DNA of 64,000 nucleotides from Phoronis australis (lineage: Eukaryota; Animalia; Phoronida): positions 558,001 to 622,000 of the forward strand of contig NMRA01000096.1 in NCBI GenBank assembly GCA_002633005.1, read 5' to 3'. Of the stretch, positions 25,101 to 37,100 are shown in pieces (position 1 is the stretch's first letter; each line of letters opens with the position of its first letter). The notes beneath the pieces were generated by a model. The model was not told the DNA's origin and searched no databases. It worked only from the letters and a program-made list of their open reading frames with translations. A program made the position numbers and the translations under genes.

Positions 25101-28100
25101 ACTACTACGTTGTCAGTGACTCTATTTAGAAATGCAAAATGATTAATGTAATCAACAGGGAGAATAAGCTAAGAGTGGGGAGGGGGGATTGTGTGAGTAT
25201 CAAAGTCAAAGAAACTAAATGCCTCCTGGGTTAGTGACCTCAAGTACGTCAATAGAGCAATGCACCAATCTAGGAACCAGATACAATTAGAGGCAATCTT
25301 CTTCAGGTCACTAAGGCATCTAAGCAAGGCAGGCTAAACAACAGTGTATATTTTGCTACTTGTGTTATTTGTGATTGTACAGTGGACATATTTTAAACAA
25401 AAGCTGAAATAAGAAGCATCAAAACACCAGCTCAGTGAGGCATCCCTGAAAAGAGTAAAACAACACCCGAGTTGAACAGCAGTTGGTATGATTTTAACCA
25501 TGTAAGACAACAGGGTTACAGTCGATACAAGAACAAGAAATAGGAGTATTAAGGACAGATGAAGCGAAACTAAAGCAGGAGTTTGTCATGAAGGGAAACA
25601 CTCTTGAAACTGTGTGCAGCTACAACATGACAAACTATTCACCACGGGTATTCCCTGGAATAGGTGTGACTGTTGCTGTCGCCAATGATATAGAACTGAA
25701 TTCCAGCAACGAAGAGGAACTAATGGCAAGGAATGTCGAGTTTTCTGTTGCTGAAGAAGTGTTTGCGGTAGCTAGCCAAGATCCAGCCGGCAACGATGTA
25801 GCTTCGTTGAGCAAGGACGGAGTGCCATACATACTGGTTTCTGATGACACAGTGCTGGACATGTCAGCTGATGGACGGATGCTGGTGTCAATGGATGGCG
25901 ACATTGTCTCATGAACAGATGGTATGGTGGCAGTGGCCGCGACGGTGGTACCTACACCAACAGAGTAAGGATTCATGGCATCTCTAACATGCACTCCTGG
26001 TTTGTTATAACAAAAGACAAAATCAACAAGTAGGGAATGTCAAAAGATACATTACATGGTGCTAGATATTCATAGTCATGAATTGGGCTTTAAAATAACT
26101 GGATATAGGAAAATCATGATGATTATTTACTTCAACACTTCAGACATGGAAAACTGTACGGATGACAAACAAATTTCAACAAACTACCAAACGAATAGCT
26201 CCAATAATTCATCAACAAATTAAAACATCAAGACTTTGCAACAATGACTCAACTTAAAACTGAACACTTAAAGTGGTACCCAGTGAAAAGAAAAGTTAAA
26301 ATTGTGCTCTATTCTAAGAGAAACATGATGAGATTAGAGAAATGTAGAATATCTCCTAACTATACCTAAAACAGAAGTAACATAGTGCGTGAAAATGGTT
26401 AAAGATAAGTATTCACACAAATTTTGAATTTAAAGCAGCTCAGTTTTACACAACTTGTTATTTGCCCTTTTGGTCATTTTTAACTTTTAGCCATATACTA
26501 CTTACATAGTACTACTTTCGTATTACTACTCATTTCATTGATTAGTTTTCGTTCATGTGTTAAGATAGCACTCCTTTCACAAGATGTTTGACTTATTCTA
26601 AAGACATGCTTATCGGTTTTCCATTATTTTTATCATTTCTGTAGCCATTTTGTAAATTACCCTATGGCAGGTTTCATTTTATTGCAGGCTCTTTGTGCAC
26701 ATCCTGGGGGCATTTTATCCTCATGCTGTGAAAGCCTCATTAATCATTTAATTAGGTCACACACACACCCCCAGTACTGGCATTCCGCACCTACCTGAGG
26801 TGTGACAGCCAAATTAGGCGGCTGACATCAAACTGACTACTACATGCTCCCTATACTATTCTTATCTCTACCTGTGAGTGGAATATCTTGAGGAACATAT
26901 TTATCGTTTTATTGTTTTATTTGACACACTTACATTTTTTGAAAGTATTATGTCTGTAATATTCGCAATAATTTTACAAGCAGTTACCGTCTTTGAATTT
27001 TTAAAATACGTTCAGTAGTTCCCATTGGTATAAAGAATGGAACTTTGTTTTATTCAACTTATGCCGTTTCAAATATGGGGTAAGAATATAAAGCAGCGAG
27101 GAAACAGTCTGAAAATAATCCGCTAAAGTTTTATCAAAAATTGTTTTGTTGTGACATTTACTTAACTGCAACCTGAACATAAGATTGATTCATCAACTAA
27201 TTAAAATGAGTAAGCTCATTTCAGTTAGAGATGGTTTGTTATTGAAACAAGGAAAGCCTGGGCCTTTCAGCGGCCCAGTCTATTGTCTCTTGTCGTATGA
27301 GACAATCGTTGGCATGAGAGGTTGGTTGAGAGGCGGAGTATTATGACCATAGCCTTTAAAATTAAAAACAAAATATAGACGGTTGACAAACTTCACAGGT
27401 GGAGTGTCGTGGTAGAAAGGGAAGTGGTTGAATATGGGCAACTGACTGTAAAATATCTGGTGACTCAAAAATGAACTACCTGCCAGTTGGGCATGACGGA
27501 GACGTGCCCGTCGTATGATCCTGATTTTCCGCTTTCATTTTTATTAGAATTGTTTATATCTGCTTCAGCTGAACAACAACCGAGCAAAAATAAAGTCATT
27601 CAGAGATTCTGCTTGCATTGCATTAAGTAGTCATAAACACAACAGCGGCACTGAAGCGCTTGCATTAAGTGTCCATATCAAAGGATTAGCATGTTTGGGG
27701 ATACTGCGCTTACCTGACAATTATCAGTTCAGAGTAAGAGGGGGGTAATGAAGAGAACACAAAGTGCCTCGGGGAAAGCGCTTAAGAACAACACTTTGTG
27801 AAAATTCATTGTCTGATTACCATTTTAGCCAAAGATAAACCCAAATACAATTGAGAAAACTTTAAAATGTTATGGGCTAACTAATCTTAATAAACATCTT
27901 GTTTTCCTGTTTAGGTGTATATTTTATACAGTAAAAAACAGATTATTCTATTTTCATCCCTTCATTGTTCTCATAAGAACATCATTGCGTTTGTTCATTC
28001 AGGAAAAAGGGCAAAAATGTGAATGAAAATACATTTACGTAGATCAACAAAGATACCTCCTGCCCATGTTAAACAGAAGGTTGAAATGAATTCTATAAAA

Positions 28101-31100
28101 CCCAAGTTATTTCATATTCAAAAGTGCTTCCACTCTTTTTTAAAAGAATTTTGTTGTAGAATTCAATATCTCATTTTTTTTGTTTTTATACATGTTATCT
28201 AAATTATATACAAAATCCAGTACAGTAACTAATATTTCTTCTAGGGTAGCATGCCAAATAGTGTAGTTTTTATCATCAAAGTGGCTTTTTGTCATGTGAC
28301 AAATTACAAAGTTTTTCCAACTGTAGTTCTATGGGCAAAACTAAAAAGAATTCTTTTCCTTGTTGGAAACTAATTGAATTTAGATTTAGTACAGATTTCT
28401 GTTGAAAAGGATAAACCACTCTATTCATCAATTGCCATCTAAACACGTTCTGAAGAATTTCCCATTCATGCATTAGTTCAGAAACAATAGTTCAAACAAA
28501 CTAAGGCAAGCACAAATGTATGAGTATGCAGTGCATTTGGCCTGTAAATGGACAAAACACATCATGCTGATGCTTATATTGTAGAGTCTTTGTTTCTATT
28601 AGCTTTCAACACACATTATAAGAGATGACATTTTCAAACCATTTTTAATTGCTACTTTAAGCCTGAGTGCAGAGCAACCCCAGAAAAATAGATTCTCATA
28701 ATCATGATTGTCTTGACTATAGATTTATTGTTGTCTTAATGATATGGTAATAAAATTAATTTTAAAGTTCGCAGTTGTGATTTGAGGATGTTTTTCGGAT
28801 ACAATTTCAAACTCATAGTAGTCAGCACAAAGTACACACGATCTCTTTTATCATAATCACATTCGCGATGGCATTCCCATCAAAAAAGGAGATACTGAAA
28901 TTATTCTAAGTTGAAATCAAACCCCAAATCCCTGTATCCTGAAAATTTTGCATTCAACTGCTTCATAGAGATTTGTTAGACTTGGAAACAGACATGATGC
29001 ATAAGAGAAGGTGGTCTATGTAGACGGGTTAAAGAAAAATGAAAGTGATGGCTTTGATGACAAGCTTTAGTTGGGTTGGGTGGACATATAGGCCTACTGG
29101 GGATAAGTAGACACATGTTATAGAAGCATGACCAGCAGCCAGAAAGAGATCAGCAACAACACCTAAAGCCAAAGACAAAAATCACCACTCTGTTCTGTTC
29201 TATGAACATCAGTTAGCCACAGGCTAGATGTTGAATGTCCAATGCCTTCAGAGCCACTGATGACATCTGGTGGTGACATACCAGTAGCTGTAGAGCTTGG
29301 GTCCAGGCTGGTGTCTGGACTTTGAAACGGAGTAGCTGTGTTCGATATTTCAGGTGAATATGAAGCTCTCATTGAACTCAGGCTAGTTGCTGAATTGTTC
29401 ATTGCCATAGCAACAGTAGAGTCTCCAAGGAATGTTGCTTCATTTGTTGCCGAGTCGTCAGCAGAGACACCAATGGATAAAGAATGAACTACTGCAGCAT
29501 CAGATGTGGAATTTAGTGTTTCAACAGTGCCTTTTCCCATTGACGATATATCAGTATACGACTGGTTGTCAAGAGCAGCGGTGGATAGAGTCTGACTGGG
29601 AAGAACGTTGACAACTTGGGATGTAGACAATAGTGAGAAAGTTGACGAAGAACTACCAGAAACGATGTGAACATCGGGCGGAGACCAAGTGGCAAAAACG
29701 GAGGATTGTTGGATGACTTGTGTTGTTGCTGTTGTGGTTGTTGCCGATGCTGGCGATGACTCTGTTCCAACAACAGAATTTGAATCTGAAAACAGTTCTC
29801 CAAATGCACTAATACATGCAATTACTATATTAATGGAAATGCTGTTGTGCCCCGCTGGAAGTGGCTTAATATTTTCAGTATGACGTCAGACACAGCTAAG
29901 CATGTATAAAAATTCAATATCCATCGTGAAGCTGTATGATTACACATATATCAATAGCAACAATAAAAATCATGTCCGGGTGGTTAGATGATGTGAATTG
30001 AAAACATGTATGATGAACGTATCATTCAGTTCATGTGTTACTAATCAGATTCACATTTAGCCAGGTTAACTTGGGTCACGTGATTGCATTTTTCACCATA
30101 GTGACAAGACTTCATACCCAACAGTATAAAAAATAAAGACTATTGTAACAGAAACTACATTTAAATAATTATATCAGTAATATACAGAACAGTGGCAGAT
30201 TTAGGGGGGAAGGGGGGCAAGGGGCCATGCCCTCCCTAAAATTCTCCCATATTCCATTTGGCAGTTCGGGGGTGTGAATGTCAGACTGGCAAAATCCTGG
30301 CTGATGCTCAGCCCTGCCCCTCCGCTAACTCAAAATCCTGGATCTGCCCCTGCAGAAGGCTGCAAGTCAATAGAAGCATTAAACATGACATCCTCTAGGC
30401 AAAAGTAACTACAAAAGTGATGTTCTATACCCTTAGACCTTTCCCAACTACACATGAGATGCGTGCTATAGAGCAAGTTTGTCTTATGAGAAAGCAAGAC
30501 CTCGGGACGGGAGATACCTTTACTAGCGCGACCAGTAAATTACCGGTATCTGCAACTGAAGTAATTCTATGGAGGATAAAAAGTTGAAATATGGGAAAAA
30601 ATAGCTGTTTTCATTCAATTGATGAGGACTTCTCACCAGAAGTGTCTTGTCACGGAAAGCACCCAAGGATATCTGACTTATTCTACAGAGAGTGTAGTGT
30701 TTCAGACAGTTGATACCATGAAGAAGCACTTGAAAAGATGGACTTGATATGAAATAGATTTTATCTCCATAAAACATATGCCCCAGATAAAGTTAGACTA
30801 CAGACGTTGAAAGTGATACGGCAAATTCAGGGATAAGAGGAAAGACCACCATTACCTTATCACTGACAAGGAAAAAATACAACCTATTTGCAAACAAGAT
30901 TTTTGATGAATTCCAGCAACACTACAAAAAATACTATTAGTACGTCTAATGTAAAAACCAGTCAGCTAGTCGTGTATCTGACTGACCCTTGACAGCAGTG
31001 GGTTTCCTGCATGTAGGCCAACATTGAACAGGAAGGATGATTTTGACTGGCGTTAATGAGAAATACAAATGTGGTCAGGTTTGGCTTAATAGTCTGGTCA

Positions 31101-34100
31101 ATATTTCCTCAGCTGTGGAGGATGACTTTTTCTTCCTTTTGAATAATTTCACATAATATCACTGTCAGTGTGCAGCAACAGATTTACCAAGTTTATTGAT
31201 TACAAGAGAAAAATAACCAACAAGGCTTGCTTCTGAAAAGTAAGTGAAAAGAATGACATTACATAATAGTAATTAATAGTACACATCCGAGTCAGTAATA
31301 AGAATGAATTATTCACATGCAATTGTTATTTATTCTTAAGTTCTAACTGAAACGTGGAGGCATCTATTTCTGTGCTGTTCTAGCTACACAGTTCAAGTAC
31401 TGTATCCATCATGCAAAGTACAAATATACTAGGGGCCCGAGTTTCATGAAAAGCAACTTCTCTCTATAGTCAGAAAATGGTCTTAATGCTCCTACATCGT
31501 TGCTACTGAACTAAGTTCTTATAATGAATTTGTTAGCACATCCTATCATAGATATAATAAATACAAAGTATCTGAATAATCAACAATTATGGGAATTTCT
31601 GAGACTTTGCACTTTGATGAAGTGAGATTAGAAATTTTTCGGAAATAGTAATGTATGGAGTGCTAAGACTTGAATTTCTGACGTGAGTTTAAGCCACTTT
31701 TCATGCAACACACCCCATTTCTACTCGGTTAATTAGGTTCACGATGCCCTAACGAGTTTAGGATGAGAAGGCTACCAACAAAAACAAACTACGGTGATCA
31801 AGCAATCAAACATCATCAGCAAAATATAACTAATAATAGCAACATAACACATTTATCAGTTATGACAACAGCAGTCTTACCCATGATCGACCACACCGAT
31901 TCGTCTGTGCTGGCTGTAGATAGAAACAGACTCTGTTAAATTTATCTCGTTTTGTTGGCCATCACACTCGTTACATTATTGCACGCTACAAAAATGGTAG
32001 TTCTATGCAAACCTGTACAGGAAATTTACTTTGTTGCTAGATCATGTATTATAATACCACATTACCGTTTTGCTAGATCATGTATTATGATAACACAATC
32101 CATGACATACCAAAAGATGGAATGTTTTTCACAAGAAAACAATGAGAAACTGGAAAAAAAACTTTTATATTTGTTATTTGTTATCAAGAATCTACCATAG
32201 GATATACAATACCATCACCTATGCAATGAAATTCAAGAAACGAAATTCAAGAAACGAAATTCAAGAAACGAAATTCAAGAAACGCTGCCAACGAAATGCT
32301 ATTGCAAACTGTTACTTCAACAGTGTCCTTTTGAAGGACACAAAGCCTTATCAAAAAAGTAGTGATGTCTTCAAAGTTACGGAAAAAATCTTACCAATTT
32401 AGGATACAACATGGCAGACAAGTGAAATTTCACTTTCTCATTTTTTTGATAAAAAACATGCACCACAAAATTATTAATTTTCTATGTTCAAGTTCTGTTA
32501 CCAGAAATTTTTTCGAAAAATTGTGAGTATTTGCAAAGATCCTCAGAGTCTCCTTGAAAAATGAAAACGGGGAAACTTTGGCAATTACTTATGTCATAAA
32601 TTGGTGAGATTTTACCTTGTATAGCATTGTTGCAAACTTCAATGAACTAGCCAAACCACAGTCAATATGTCTCATTGTCTCAGGCCGCCTATACAGTATA
32701 GCCATTGATCACTTAATTAATTGTCCATGCCACATCACTGGGAGCCCAGTGTGTCATGTCACATAATGAGACAGTTACATGCCACCACAAGATTGAATTA
32801 CATAGTACCTCACACACTGCTGTGTTGTTTTAGTTGACAGGCTGCACACATTATAATTGCTGTACAAGTGACCTTATGGTCAGGGACAATCCACCAAGTC
32901 CCTTCCATGCTATGTTATGACATTGAAGACAACAAAAGTTGGTGTTTGGCAATGGTAACACTAATGAGCAAGTGCAGTAAAACAAAACTTGACATTAAAT
33001 GTCAAACTTAATACCATCGACTAGACTAGAGCTAGGAAATGACGGTTTCTGTTAGCTCGGAACAGGTTTAAAAATACAATCCCAGTTTTGAAATACAATT
33101 CCAGTTTAGAAATACAATTCCGGTTGACTCACAACCATTCACCAAGAGTTTCAAAAAGGAATTGACTATCACTTAAAGCCATGACAATCCTTGGGCCTTT
33201 TGCATAGGTTCTATCATCATCACAAACAAAACAAATCTCATTGAAGTCAAAATTGAAGAAAACGTCCTACATGGTTGTGGGCATAAAATCTGACAACTGT
33301 GTAACAGTTGCGCCACTTTACAAAGGACCCAGCAGGAATATTCTAAAGGCTCATTTCGCGTGACCAAAGCAATTTGTACAGTACAGTTTGCAACCTAAGG
33401 TTATAAACTGGTCTCGTTACAACAAAGTTCAACTGCACTAATCCATTAAGAATAATATCGCAACAGTCAGGAATTCAGGAGTTTGTACTAACACAGAAGT
33501 ACATATTTAGACAGATGTGCATTCATTTGAGCCTGCAACTCTGAGTATATCAAAAATTAGGCGCATACTCACACAAAAAATTGAGTGAAACCAAAGTGCA
33601 AGAATAAGGAACTACAGGAATGGTCATTTTGGGGAGGTCCTATCCCCAGTCTATTGTTTTGTAACAATGAAATGACCACTAATTTCTATAACTTCTACTA
33701 ATGTAAGCCAAGACTGAATGACAGCCTAAATGTCCAATCACTCAAATATGCCACTTCAGACAATAATGCCTTCAAAGCCTAGAGGCAGCCAGCTTGGCTG
33801 TGAACCTGACTGAGTAGCTGCAGAACTCAAGAGCTGGGTGTGTCAGGTTTACAAGCACTATAGCTAGAAGGCAATCCAGATTACCATTAGAGTCACTATG
33901 GAGACAGGCCTGAAAAGCTTCAAATGAAGTGGGGTCAAGATTCTCGGCATACCAGATGTTTGGAAAAACATAAATAAATGGTTCTTCCTGGGAAGAACTA
34001 TAGTTTCAGCACCTGTGCACATTTTAGGTAGCACGGACATTATGTAATGCAATGATTGTAAAATAGCCTTAAAGTAATTTTAGATATATTTTAAAGCATA

Positions 34101-37100
34101 CCGGCTGGTGCTACATGTTTTGCACATTCTCCATCAATCTTATGACCTAGACTAATTAAAAAAATACGGTGACAATCCCCTGAGGGTCTGCTTTGTTGAA
34201 TACACTGTCAATGACAAAACACCTTTTCCGGTAAGGCAAGAGATAACATGGGTTTGAATAGTAAACACTAGTTCCAAATATAAATATGTTTAACTATAAG
34301 AGACAAACCACTCTCCACTAACTTTTCTGCGCTTAACGAAGATAACAAATCTACTTGAAGTTCAAATAACCAGGAATTGTTCACCTTTGTTTTGAAGACT
34401 TGAATGTAGAGTATTTGCTTTAAGGACGTGCATTCTCTAATCAGCACTCCTAGTTTGTATTTTCAACAATTCTCACAAAGAAAAGGAATGAACGTTTTTT
34501 GAATAATTGGACACGATAGCCTGCAAATAGAAAACAGCCAAGTTTGGATAGAAAATCTGGGAATTGTTTTTGATAATCAACTTAAGTGGAGCTAACTGTT
34601 GTCAAGGTGGTTATTAAATTTAAGTTCTCCAACAGCTTCCAGTTTAAACTACAACAGTCTAGACATGCTGAACCAGTGTGACACAAAATTGTGTGGGAAA
34701 ACTTACTAAGTGAGACCTTATTTACTAGTGTGGGTATTAAGCCAAATATCTGGGTAAAACTACATATTTCTTACAGAAGAAAGTCTGTAGAATCTAATCA
34801 TTGACTTAATCTAACCTACCTTCTGTAAATTGGGTCTCGTGGCAAATTAAGCAAAGCGCAAAATTAAGGTACACGCCTAGCAAAACAACAGAATCAATTA
34901 AATGACCCGGGTCACGATGAAATCTCAAAAACACTTAAAACTATCACTTCATATTTGTTTTACGCAACCTCAGAGTTTTCTCATAAAAACCATAAAAGCT
35001 CTATTTTTGCATGCAAAGTGATTCACTTCAAAAACAATCCCTAATAGTGTTTTAGAGAACATTGAATAAAGCAGAGTCAAAAAGTTTAATGAATCCGATA
35101 AGTCACTTCTTGATATCACGCTCAGAAGTTGGCTGCCAAATTTAGACATTTTTCGAAGATGCTACATTAGCAACCCCATGCGCGTACCCAGCCATCGATA
35201 TGGGGGGGGGGCTCGAATTCCCGACGTTGTGGACCATTTGCTAACAAAAGAGCAGGCGGACTAATAAAAAAAATTAAAAAAAAAAACGGGAGCACCTCTG
35301 TGAATTGCGACTTTGCGCTTATTTAGTGGACTTTTGTCCCATTTTCTCGGACTTTTTGTCTCTCGGGGGCAGACCTTATTGCCCACTTCGCCAAATTTTG
35401 GCTCAAATGAGCCCCCCCCCCCGAGTCCCTCCTGGGTGTACGCATGAACCCCACTTACATGTTCAGCCGACTGCGCAGAGTTCTTTTGAGAAAAACTAGA
35501 ACACAAAGACAGGACATTGTAGACTGCAGTGACTAACCACTGTGATTGGTAAAATCTTATCTGTGTATATTTGGTTTAAAAATCGCTGGTGATATCAATA
35601 CAAAGAGAGTCAGTCTATAACACCAGGGAGTAGAAACTTACAAGAACAAATAAGCAGACAGCAAATATTGTTCAATTTGGACAAAGACAATGATTGAAAT
35701 TGCTATTTTTTCTATTTTGCAAAGGCTTGTAACAAATGTTCAAAAATTCACCAAAAGTTGCTTGATTGCAAAAGTATCACACAACAAGTGTAAAAAAATT
35801 CAAATTCAGTTTACCTGCTAGACGTAATCATTGACAAAATGAAAAAACAGGTGTATCATGCTGTGTACTCATTGTATTTTCAAGAGCAGAAGGGAACAGA
35901 TAAGTACCTTAAGACTTACACCTGGTAAAATACAGCTAATAAAAAGTCATTGGCATAAAACCAGCCTTGTTATTATCAGAGGTTCCAAATAGTGTAACCT
36001 TATACATAAGACTCCACTTCAACTGGGAGATAAATCACCAGAGATAAAGGGTAACTACAGAACTGGGGTGGGACTGGTGGCAACTAACTATTAGCATACC
36101 GAGCAGAGTTTCCTCAAATTCAAACAAAAACAAATGCCAAAATTGCCATGTTTTTTCCATGTGTGCATTGTTGACAGCTATACATTTATATAAACTGAGC
36201 AAATAATGAGGTAAAATTTTCCTCGTGTTTATTTTTCTAGTCCTAGACTCCATCTGACCTGAGGGAGTCCAACTTCCTCCAATACACCATGCTACAAATA
36301 CCTCCAGCTCACTCAACAGCGCGAAACGAAATGTCAAGTAAGTGAATCACTTTACCCTACCTCCACCTAAGAGATTATAAGAACCTTTTTTCTACACCAT
36401 GTCATATTTGCGAAATGTTTCTGTGGATAGCAATCTGCATTCCTGTGTAACATGCAGGATGTCCCCAAAATGTATTCACAGTTGAAATGAAAATAACAAA
36501 ACTGTTTATTGACTTAAGAACATCATTACTAAATTCATCAACATGCAATCAAAAAAAAAGAGAAATTTATATAGTTTATTAACTTGGGAAGAATATTTAC
36601 AGTGCAATGCATGGACAGATAAGCAGTTTGCTTGCAGCAATGTCCGATCAATTTTTTATGTCCAACATTTGTTTGACATACAAAGCGCAGAGCGATCACA
36701 CATGCCCAGGCACAGATCCGTGGGAACTGAAATTGAAATGTCAGTCCATTTTCTTATATAGGACAATCAGACTTCAAAGGTTCCTTCACGAAGAACCATA
36801 ACGGGGTTCTCGTGCTTTTAACCCAGGTGTTTTGTGCAATTGGCCCAACCTTGAGGCCTGCGCACGTCTGATGCACTGCAAATAACACCAGGCCACCTGC
36901 ATTTTTTTAGATGAATTTGAACTTCCAGCACCGACGAGTTAGTGCATTTTTGAGACACCCTGAATATTACGATATAAGTTTCTGAATTAAGGACAAGTAC
37001 TTAGGATCTGCATTAAGCTGGAGCTTGCTGAAATGGATTTTTTTGTGAAAGCAGATAACTTTTTTTCTTTTAAGTAAATATTACAAACAAAACAGCTGTC

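Noticed and set aside
25588-25914. + strand 108-aa ORF (and the similar 29689-29883 ORF)
   Set aside because: Antisense shadows of the Ser/Thr-rich exons of the - strand gene.
26268-27360. TTAA-AG start suggestive of a Kolobok-like element
   Set aside because: No convincing matching right TIR or TSD found.
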